NCBI GenBank assembly: GCA_010909165.1
Contig: VJWM01000044.1
Span: 372,001 to 436,000 of the forward strand
Source of the DNA: Anthoceros angustus
Lineage: Eukaryota; Plantae; Anthocerotophyta
DNA length: 64,000 nt
Reading direction: 5' to 3'
This document shows, one piece after another, positions 11,903 to 24,880 of this stretch. The notes under the pieces were generated by a model. The model searched no databases. It saw nothing but the letters and a program-made list of their open reading frames with translations, and was not told the DNA's origin. The stretch's first letter is position 1; each line of letters starts with the position of its first letter. Made by a program: the position numbers and the translations under genes.

Positions 11903-14573
11903 GATGATCATGAAATCATCTTGGGCTTAGAATGGATGAAGGCCAACAAGGTATGTGTGAACGTGGACTCACGCACCATAGATCTTAGGAGATGAAGAGC
12001 ACAAAGTGAGTTGTGCTCAAGCAGAGGCTTGGAGACAACATTGATGATATCATCTCTAAGAAAAGCTCAAATGTTGTGTAAAGGATGGAGAGGAACTCTT
12101 TTACTTGTCTGCAAGGACTAGAAGATGGTCTTGAGATGGAGTCTCGAGCACCAAAGATTCCAAGGAAGTGCAGTGTCTTGAATGAGTTCAAGGACTTGAT
12201 GCACGATGAGTTGCCTCCTTTACCTCCTAGAAGAATTGTAGATCATGAGATTGATCTCAAGCCGAAGTACACCGCCTTCAAGAGCGCCATATAGATTATC
12301 GCAGGATGAGCTACAAGAGTAAGAGGATGTCAACTGCTAGCCAAGGGCTATGTGAGAATCTCAAAGTCCCCATTTGGTGCGCCTGTTGTTCACGCAAGAA
12401 GAATGGAGGATTGAGATTATGCTTGGATTACGAGCACTCAATCGATAATGAAGAATTCTTATCCTTTGCCAAGGATGGATGACTTGTTTGTGATTGAGAG
12501 GTGCTAAGTATTTCACCAAGTTGGATCTAATGGCGAGCTATTACAGATTCGCATCGAAGGACATGAATACAAGACGCTTGTAGAACAAGGTATGGATCTT
12601 TTGAGTTCCTTGTCATGCCATTTGGACTCACTAATGCACTACCACGCTTCGACTCTCATGAATACTATATTCGAGATCCGCTGGATGAGTGTGTTGTGAT
12701 ATACTTGGATGACATCATGATATAGCCTACCTTGAAGAGCATGTCCAACACTTGAGGAAAGTGTTAGAAAGGTTAAGAGCAAATTCTTTGTTCTTAGCTA
12801 TAACAAAGTGTGACTTTGTTAAGGAAGAGATAGACTTCCTAGGATTCATTGTCTCTGCGGATGGTATCAGGATGGATCCTGATAAGGTAAAGGCCATACA
12901 GAGTTGGCTGCCGCCAACGAATGTGCACGAGGTGCGTATGTTTTTGGGATTGGCTAGCGTGTACAGAAGATTTGTACCGATGTTTGCCAAGATTGCTGCC
13001 CCATTAACTGATCTCTTGAAGAAGGCGAAGGCTTGGAAGTGGGATGATGAATGTCAGAGGGCATTCGAGTTTCTGAAGTTGAAACTCAGCACTACCCCAG
13101 TATTGGCAATCTATGATCCGAAGAAGGATATAGAAGTATATCCTGATGCATCAGATATTGCAATTGGCGGAGTGCTCATGCAAGAAGGTAGGTCGGTGGC
13201 TTAAGAATCAAGGAGGCTGTATGAGCATGGAAGGAAGTACCCACTTATGAAAAGGAGATGATCATGAAATCATCTTGGGCTTAGAATGGATGAAGGCCAA
13301 CAAGGTATGTGTGAACGTGGACTCACGCACCATACGGATCTTAGGAGATGAAGAGCACAAAGTGAGTTGTGCGGTTCTCAAGCGAGGCTTGGAGACAACA
13401 TTGATGATATCATCTCTAAGAAAAGCTCAAATGTTGTGTAAAGGATGGAGAGGAACTCTTTACTTGTCTTGCAAGGACTAGAAGATGGTCTTGAGATGGA
13501 GTCTCGAGCGCCAAGATTCCAAAGTGCAGTGTCTTGAATGAGTTCAAGGACTTGATGCACGATGAGTTGCCTCCTTTACCTCCTAGAAGAATTGTAGATC
13601 ATGAGATTGATCTCAAGCCGAAGTACACCGCCTTCAAGAGCGCCATATAGATTATCGCAGGATGAGCTACAAGAAGAGACGGATGTCTAACCACTAGCCA
13701 AGGGCTATGTGAGAATCTCAAAGTCCCCATTTGGTGCGCCTGTTGTTCACGCAAGAAGAATGGAGGATTGAGATTATGCTTGGATTAGCACTCAATCGAT
13801 AACGGTTTATCCTTTGCCAAGGATGGATGACTTGTTTGTGATTGAGAGGTGCTAAGTATTTCACCAAGTTGGATCTAATGGCGAGCTATTACAGATTCGC
13901 ATGAAGGACATGAATACAAGCGCTTGTAGAACAAGGTATGGATCTTTTGAGTTCCTTGTCATGCCATTTGGACTCACTAATGCACCAGCGTTTGAGACTC
14001 TCATGAATACTATATTCGGAGATCCGATGGATGAGTGTGTTGTGATATACTTGGATGACATCATGATATCTGATTCTACCTTGGAAGAGCATGTCCAACA
14101 CTTGAGGAAAGTGTTAGAAAGGTTAAGAGCAAATTCTTTGTTCTTAGCTATAACAAAGTGTGACTTTGTTAAGGAAGAGATAGACTTCCTAGGATTCATT
14201 GTCTCTGCGGATGGTATCGGGATGGATCCCGATAAGGTAAAGGCCATCTGAGTTGGTGCCGCCATGTGCACGAGCGTATGTTTTTGGGATTGGCTAGCGT
14301 GTATACGGAAGATTTGTACCGATGTTTGCCAAGATTAACGATCTCTTGAAGAAGGCGAAGGCTTGGAAGTGGGATGATGAATGTCGAGGGCATTCGAGTT
14401 TGAAGTTGAAACTCAGACCCGATTGGCAATCTATGATCCAAAGAAGGATATAGAAGTATATCTTGATGTCGATATTGCAATTGGAGTGCTCATGCAAGAA
14501 GGTAGGCGGTGGCTTACATCAAGGAAGTTGCATGAACATGAAAGGAAGTACCCACTTATGAAAAGGAGATGAT
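11903..14573 (+). repeat. Tandem duplication (~1.35 kb) of the protease 3' part, RT and RNase H segment inside the LTR element
   Basis: 11903-13256 is repeated at 13257-14573; GATGAT lies at the junction and both ends. Confidence 0.9.
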
Positions 14574-16149
14574 GCATCATCAATTGTCTCAAGATTTGGA
14601 GACATTATCTTCTAGGAAGATCTTTTGTCATACATGCATAATGTAAGCACGAGCTTCTTTACAAATCAGCGACTAAGCGCAAGACAGCTAGATGGCAAGA
14701 TTTCCTAGCAATGTATGATGTGTCTATCAAGTACAAGCCGGGAAGGAGAATCTCGTGATGCTTTGAGTCGCAGCGAGTTTAAGTTTGATAACCGCTTACG
14801 TCAAGAGGCCTAAGCTAGCGCAACACAAATGGTGATTGAGCCAAGGACACTCACACAGATCAAGGAAGCTTATCTGCGAGATCCATTAGTACAGGATTGG
14901 ATCAATGAAGTGGAGCAACCGGATCTAAGTTTAAGCTTAGAAATGGCTTGTTGATGTTCAAGCAAAACAGATTGTGATTCCCGATTCTCATGTGTTGAGA
15001 AGGAAGTTGCTTGCAGTGTCATGATGTGCCAAGTGCAGTCATAGAGGAATTGACCCAACTTATGAGAAGTTGAGAAAGCCGCTTTATGGCTGGAATGTAC
15101 AAGCATACCGTTGAGTATGTTAAGTCTTGTGTAGACTCAAGATAAGGTGGAGAGACAAATCCGAGGTTTGTTGCAACTGCCTATTCCAAGTGGGCCTTGG
15201 AAAAGTATATCAATGGATTTCATTATGCCATTGCCACCAAGAATGGACACACAACTATCATGACGGTGGTTGATAGATTCAAGCAAGCACACTTCATCCC
15301 TGAAGAAGCGGTGAAAGCTTGAAGTTGCTCGATTGTTCAAGAAGCATGTATATGTGTTACATGGATTATGCAGACAGAGTGACAGATCCCGATTATCGAG
15401 TTTTGGCAACAGATTATGAAGACCAAGAAGAATACTTAGGACACTATGTACAGATGGACCAGCGAGACTGGAGTAATCATCTTGAGGATGCAGAATTTTG
15501 TTATAATAACATTGTACATAGCTCCACAGGCTACACACCTTTTCAGATGACAGGTAACGAAGCAATGGACGTAGTTTCCATGTTGAATGCTGGCGTGTTG
15601 AGAGAGCAGAGAAAACCGTGAATTCATTGAGCGATTAAGGGCGCATGAAGTTGCTAAGAAGATATTGGCCAAGGCTCGGATGGCAAAAGAAGTTTCGACA
15701 CATGCAAGAGGCGAGTTTCAAGTAGGAGACAAGGTGTGGGTGAAATTGAAGAATTTCCCACCACAAGGGTGACCTCAAAGTTAAGGCCTAAGTATGGAGG
15801 ACCTTTCGTAGTTCAAGCGCATTGGAAATGTGGCTTACAAACTACAGCTCGAATGGATCTTCTCTCATAATGTGTTTCATGTCTCTTTGAAACCATTTGT
15901 GATTTCGAAGAGAATGAAGATATGAGCAGGAAGGATTATGTCATCCTGGTTCAACACAATCATGGTATGCGGAGATTGTTGAATTCTGGCGAGAGAGAAG
16001 TGCCTCTGTGGTAATGTACCGAGTATCCGTAAGGCTTCGTGGTTATCACGGATCTGGGTTTCACTTGAAGATGTGCAACAAGGATCATGGATGATCTCGC
16101 GTTACACTGGAGGTCATTGAGGACAATGACATCTTCCCAATGGGGAGAG

Positions 16150-16733
16150 AGTAAGACGTGAAATAAGGTAGAAAGGTGAAAAGTTGAAAAGGTAAAAGCT
16201 AAGTTAGTAGGCCTGTTAAGAAGATGCATGTGTTGCATGCTTCATGCAATCTCTTGTTAGAGAGGAATTGCTACCACAAATGAAGAGTTGCCTAGAGAGG
16301 ACTCTTAGTGATTAGTGGTGCAGAATCCCTAGATTTAACTGCCTAGTTAAGGTCAGCGGGATATATAAGGGCTAGAGCAAGGGCTTTGAGGAACAAGTGG
16401 GACTCACTCTTTGAGAGAGCGAGCAAATGTCTTGCAAGCCTTGTGTTGAGAGAGCTGGAGAGCTAGCTAGTGAGCTTGTCATGGAATCAAGGCGTGAGCT
16501 TGGGCGATAGCCGATTCCATCGTTGTATTCTTGCAATAAAGAGCGGCACCTCGAGGAGGTGGCCTGCGAGTCGTCAGTGGACGGCGGGCTACTTGGAGCC
16601 TAGTGTTGTGTTGTGAGGTTGAGAGCGCTGAGAATCGTGCAAGTCTCTTGTGGAGTGAATTGGCGAGGTCCTAGACTGCTGGAAAGCCAGCACTTGTCGC
16701 TTCCTTACTAGCTGCGCAGTGAGGGGTGTTACT
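16150..16733 (+). repeat. 3' LTR (AGTAA...GTTACT), preceded by the polypurine tract GGGGAGAG (16142-16149)
   Basis: Matches the 5' LTR, differing mostly by small indels. Confidence 0.9.
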
Positions 16734-17394
16734 CAGGCGGTCTCTCCCACATAGGTAATAAACACTTCGAGAAACGTGAAAAGACGGAAACAATAGACTA
16801 TGAATCGTTGAGAAACGTGTTACAAATGCTGGTAGCTGACAGTCGGCAACGGGAGGTGGTACCGTGCGGAAGATTCTCACGGGACAATTAAAAAAAAGGC
16901 CGCGCGGTTACGGCTCATGGCCCGACAAAGGGCATAGAAACGTCCCGCATTAGCCTCGAGATTTCCCAGTCCATTTCAGAGATCAGGTTTATCACCTGGG
17001 TTATGTGTATCTGGCTTCCATACCTTCCACCGCAAATTCCTGGATCGAAACCAGACTCTTGTCTGCCGTGTGATTGATCGAAACCAAGCTCTTCTATGCC
17101 ATGTGATTGGCTCTCAATCGCTTCTGATATATAATATCAGTTCTTTACTTGAGGGCATAAGTATACAATTATTTTAATTCCTTGAAAGGATGTATGCAAA
17201 GAGTACATGCAAGGATGATAGCATGGCTGGACTTCTCGACGATGAAAGGGGAGCCGATTTCACCACATGAATAAGTACAAGACGATACAGTTCAGCCTGC
17301 AAACCATATATGTCCATAGACATGCTAAGAAGTTCGATATGGGTAAAAAGCACGTTGTTTGATGCAAGCTCAACAACCACGTGATACCCATAAT

Positions 17395-18350
17395 TTAGAG
17401 ACTATGACTCCATATCCAAACTATTAAGAGTGGAGTCCAAAAGATCTTTGGCTGCGTCATCGATGTGTTTCTTGTTAGCCTGCAAGTCCTGTAAGAAATT
17501 GTTCTCATCAAGTTTAGCCTAGGTATGAGTCCTAGATGTGGGTAGAATATTGATTTCGCTGAATTATACGCGGAATTACCTTTAAGCTATCTTTCCAGCA
17601 TTGCTGTCGGAGATCCACTAGGAGTTGTTTTGGTTGTGAGCGCTGTGAATCAGCAGCATGGACAAACCTCCAAACTCTTCCGCGCTCGAAAATTTTGGTT
17701 ATCTTCCGTCGTCTTCTGACATGTGTCCATACCAAACCTGAAAGATCATCCCACCGGATGCCCAGTTCTGTAGTGGGGTCTATGATAGCCCCTTTCACCG
17801 TGTCCTCCGCAGTCTTTCGTTCGTCCTCCTGTCGTCAAAGGATCCAGACTGATGGAAAATGGACTCCCAGTGCAGTCGCTACTTCCTACTGAATCCCTCG
17901 TACTTCGTGCACTTGGATATCAAAAGAGTCTAGTAATCTCCTCAGGAGAGAGGATGCTCTTACCAAGAGCGTCTCCTCTCCCTCTACAACCTCAGTAGAA
18001 AGCATGATTCTTTGATCCCATTCCGTGGCCCGAGATAGATCATTCACGAGGAGCCTTGCCGAACTCCTCTTGAACTGCCAGAGTGCCAACATGGCTTTAG
18101 CAAACCTGCAATCCTTAATACGAGACGAGGTCATCTGTTTTCATTAGGAATCATGAGAGTGTGCATTGTGTAGCTGTGTAGACCTTCAGTATCGTTAGTC
18201 GGTCGCCCTCGACCTTGGCGTGGCACGTCAAAGGATGGTTCCAATGTTCTTTCTTTATGTGCAGAATTTCGTGTCAGGACTTAAGTTCCATACACATTGT
18301 TTCAGTATAATGCATACACTGGAGGAAGAACGATACACTACTGACTGAGG
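17395..18350 (-). pseudogene. 3' half of a diverged 'YIPPH'-family paralogue
   Basis: LALWQFKRSSARLLVNDLSRATEWDQRIMLST, KGAIIDPTTELGIRW and WIWSHSL* are homologous to 3056-4080. The 5' exons are missing, but the promoter-side flank is retained at 18370-18620. Confidence 0.75.
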
Positions 18351-18779
18351 TGTGGGAGACTGTATTTCTCCGTCATGTTAAGACGATAGAATCAAGGTTA
18401 TGGACCTGCCTGTCTTAAGAAAAACAACTTCCTTGCTTCCTGATTTCTCTGCGAGAGAGAGTAGAACGCTTCCGGAGTTCTGAGAGTGCGAGCCGAACGC
18501 TTCCGGAGTTGTGAGAGTCACAGCCGAATGGTTCGAAGAGTTCTGAGATTAAGAGGTGAAGGCTTGACGTCGGGTGAACGGACTAACAGCCGAACGCCGG
18601 GCACTAATGATAATTTGGTAGGAGTTAGGCAGCGGTAGCTGGGAGTTGGCGATGGAAGGCTAAAAATCGCTACAAAGGAAATGCGGCTGTCCTCCCGAGG
18701 CGGACGGTGACTACCTGCCCGCCGGCTCCCCATCTCGTGACCATGGCCATAGCTACTATATGTATCCATATATGCGTCC

Positions 18780-20170
18780 ATACCATCAACAATGATTTAG
18801 AAGAGCATGTTCTCTGCCTCATCTAAATGGCCTGCAGGCCCAAGAAGCTGAATCATACAATTGCGATGCTCAACAGTGGGTTCGATGCCATGCTGTTAAA
18901 CCATGGAATCAAAGTACTTGCTACCTCATGATCATTCACCACTCTCTATTGACTTGGCAAGTGAATCTAGCATCATCATGCTGGATACCAGCGTCTAACC
19001 TGTAAGCCTGGAAACAGGCCAGTGCGTTGTGACCTTCGTCACAAACACCACACCCAGCTATCAGGGCATTCCATGCCACCACGGTTTGCTGTCAAGAAAC
19101 CCACCATGCATTGTCCAGTTCGCCACAATTTACGTAGATGTCTATCAGGCAGGTGTGGCATCTCTTTATCTTGGACGATGTCTACATAAGATGATAGTAC
19201 ACTTGATCCAGCTTCTGTCCGAAATACCACCAGGCAACTTTTGAGATTCTGGGAGAGCTGTTGTTGCCGCTGACATCAACTGCGGATGAGCTGTTAGCCC
19301 GAAGGTATAGGTGAACTCAAGTTTGTCTTCTGCACATTAATTCCAGCTCTCCCCTTCATTAAGCACAAGATTTGATGACACTCACACTATCTGGGCAGCA
19401 GCATCAAGCGAGGTAGTGAAGGTAAGTATAGAAACTTGGCAATCAAACTGTAGTCCTGTGCTTACAGTTTTAAGCTACACACCTGACCTACTATCCCTGC
19501 TCAAACCGATTAGCGGGCCTTTTGCCAATCAAGCTTATCAAAGCATTAAAAGCACTGACAAGTAACCGTATCCTCGCAGAACGCAATTTCGGAATCCACA
19601 CAAGGGTATTTTCTCTTTTGTGTGGCTGTTGTCAGTTATCACCAAGCTTCAATGAAATGATGTGCCTTAGACCTTTGAAAGGTTAGATCTGAACTGCAAG
19701 AAGGAGCTTAAGCTAAATGAACCGGCCAGAAATTATTGCTGATCAATGTTGCGATGTAGAATAATTTTGCGCATATGGAGATGTTGATGACTGATATGTG
19801 TACTGTTACTTCGAAGGTATGCAATCCATGGGCTCAGCGAAGAGGTGCTTGTTCTGTATGGAGGGCCTGATTGTGGCTACTTTGGCTTGCGTTCTGACAG
19901 CGCGTGTAGTTGTTGTGCCTTGTAGAAGGAAAGCAGACGCACCCACACAGATTGTGGAAAGAGGACAAGATCCACACCCTGCTTCTTTGGTCTCCATTCC
20001 ATGAAGCAGGAGGTTGGGCCCCTTATCTACCGTTGAGAATCCTCTCATATGTTAAGCACATCTATGTAAGTGGTGTCCATGTTTCCACATTCTTGCAGCC
20101 ATGTTTCCACATTGCTTGCAGCGCTGCATCTGTTGAGGAGGACTCAACAAAACTTCCGTGGACAGGCTTT
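18780..20170 (-). pseudogene. Decayed PLS-class PPR fragments (parts duplicated at 22530-23070 and 24080-24470)
   Basis: HGIEPTVEHRNCMIQLLGPAGHLDEAENML, 'YAIHGLSEEAL'-type and 'TLACVLTA'-type PPR motifs in broken frames. Confidence 0.7.
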
Positions 20171-20573
20171 GAAAGTTAGCTGCTAGCGCCTGGACACTTT
20201 ACATGTGCCAGATGGTGAAGTCTTAGAACATTTTCTTTCTACATCTATATCCATGACAATCATTTATGGTAGTTCCGGACTCTTCACACGTGAAAGTGGA
20301 CCTTGTCCACATGCACAGCTACATGTATTGTGGCAGTGGACCAGGCATATCGAGAGAAAATTTATCAATGCCGAGAATGAACTGGGACAAGCAATGAATT
20401 GCCAAGAATGAGTTTGTAAGCTCAGGCAGCCCAGGGAGCCAACCACCCTAATGGTGTAGGTCTCCCTCCAGCCACAGCGCTGCTTATCTAATGCTGGATC
20501 ACAATACTACACTGCTACGATATGATACAAGCGGGCTTGGGTGTTGTCCAGTCCGCAGTTTGAATCTTGAGCT

Positions 20574-22407
<1,834 letters not shown>

Positions 22408-24880
22408 TTAAGACAGATCCAGGGGAAATGCGGCTGTCCTCCTGAGGCGGACGGTGACTACCTGCCCGCCGGCTCCCCATCTCGTGACCATGGCCATAGC
22501 TACTATATGTATCCATATATGCGTCCATACCATCAACAATGATTTAGAAGAGCATGTTCTCTGCCTCATCTAAATGGCCTGCAGGCCCAAGAAGCTGAAT
22601 CATACAATTGCGATGCTCAACAGTGGGTTCGATGCCATGCTGTTAAACCATGGAATCAAAGTACTTGCTACCTCATGATCATTCACTCTCTATTGACTTG
22701 GCAAGTGAATCTAGCATCATCATGCTGGATACCAGCGTCTAACCTGTAAGCCTGGAAACAGGCCAGTGCGTTGTGACCTTCGTCACAAACACCACACCCA
22801 GCTATCAGGGCATTCCATGCCACCACGGTTTGCTGTCAAGAAACCCACCATGCATTGTCCAGTTCGCCACAATTTACGTAGATGTCTATCAGGCAGGTGT
22901 GGCATCTCTTTATCTTGGACGATGTCTACATAAGATGATAGTACACTTGATCCAGCTTCTGTCCGAAATACCACCAGGCAACTTTTGAGATTCTGGGAGA
23001 GCTGTTGTTGGCATCAACTGCGGATGAGCTGTTAGCCCGAAGGTATAGGTGAACTCAAGTTTGTCTTCTGCACATTAATTCCAGCTCTCCCTTCATTAAG
23101 CACAAGATTTGATGACACTCACACTATCTGGGCAGCAGCATCAAGCGAGGTAGTGAAGGTAAGTATAGAAACTTGGCAATCAAACTGCTTTCCACAACCT
23201 CTGCTTTTACAGCACCGAAGGCCGCTGATCTTAGATTCAGGCTGCCCGTTTTCATAAGCATCGGACCGGACAAATCGGAGTCCACGTTCTCCAGACAACC
23301 TTGCCGCTTGCCTTCTCCAACGCCGTGATTAAGCATCCTGAGCTTGGATCTGTACTTAGATGGGGTGCCTAAAGGGAGTGGATGCCCTTGGTAAATACTT
23401 AGGCACACCATGGTACAAGTTGTTAAGTACCTAGTCCCATCACGGAAATCCGTCCTTAGTGGACTTAAATAATTTTTCTTCTTCTTGTTCTCATTCATAT
23501 TCATTTTATCGATAATGATGATAAAATTCTTCTTCTTCATTCTCATTCATATTCATTTTTATCGACAATGATGATGTACATTTCTCATTATATTAAAATG
23601 CCTGTGCCCAACCTTTTCAAGTGGCACAACGTAATTCTCGGGCCCTCATCGCCCGCAGATCTCTGGATCGAACCCAGGCTCTGTCCAGATTATTTTCATG
23701 AAACAACATGTACAGCCTTTTTACCTTTACAAAACACTGACTCGTGCTTCGAGCTCTCTCGAGCCAAACAGTAAGCTCTGCAAAACCAGAAGTACAGACA
23801 CTTACTGCTGATCAAGTTTTAGCCTAGGTACAATTCCCAGTTGTCGGCAGAATATTGATTTTGCTGAATTTCAAGCCAGATTGCCTTCTCGGAATCCACA
23901 CAAGGGTATTTTCTCTTTTGTGTGGCTGTTGTCAGTTATCACTCAAGCTTCAATGAAATGATGTGCCTTAGACCTTTGAAAGGTTAGATCTGAACTGCAA
24001 GAAGGAGCTTAAGCTAAATGAACCGGCCAGAAATTATTGCTGATCAATGTTGCGATGTAGAATAATTTTGCGCATATGGAGATGTTGATGACTGATATGT
24101 GTACTGTTACTTCAGGTATGCAATCCATGGGCTCAGCGAAGAGGTGCTTGTTCTGTATGGAGGGCCTGATTGTGGCTACTTTGGCTTGCGTTCTGACAGC
24201 GTGTAGTTGTTGTGCCTTGTAGAAGGAAAGCAGACGCACCCACACAGATTGTGGAAAGAGGACAAGATCCACACCCTGCTTCTTTGGTCTCCATTCCATG
24301 AAGCAGGAGGTTGGGCCCCCATCTACCGTTGAGAATCCTCTCTCATATGTTAAGCACATCTATGTAAGTGGTGTCCATGTTTCCACATTCTTGCAGCCAT
24401 GTTTCCACATTGCTTGCAGCGCTGCATCTGTTGAGGAGGACTCAACAAAACTTCCGTGGACAGGCTTTGAAAGTTAGCTGCTAGCGCCTGGACACTTTAC
24501 ATGTGCCAGATGGTGAAGTCTTAGAACATTTTCTTTCTACATCTATATCCATGACAATCATTTATGGTAGTTCCGGACTCTTCACACGTGAAAGTGGACC
24601 TTGTCCACATGCACAGCTACATGTATTGTGGCAGTGGACCAGGCATATCGAGAGAAAATTTATCAATGCCGAGAATGAACTGGGACAAGCAATGAATTGC
24701 CAAGAATGAGTTTGTAAGCTCAGGCAGCCCAGGGAGCCAACCTTTACCCTAATGGTGTAGGTCTCCCTCCCGGCCACAGCGCTGCTTATCTAATGCTGCT
24801 GGATCACAATACTACACTGCTACGATATGATACAAGCTTGGGCTTGGGTGTTGTCCAGTCCGCAGTTTGAATCTTGAGCT

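Larger units (their letters stand above)
9846..16733 (+). mobile_element. Full-length Ty3/gypsy LTR retrotransposon, chromovirus-like; reading frames broken
   Basis: Two ~590-bp LTRs, tRNA-iMet PBS and PPT. Gag zinc knuckle CYSCGEP.HYANECP (~11468-11510), RT VIYLDD, RNase H DASDIAIGGVLMQ, integrase GPY/F region RPKYGGPF...IGNVAYKL...HNVFHVS (~15785-15890), possible chromodomain remnant (~15960-16100). Domain order is RT-RH-INT. Confidence 0.95.
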
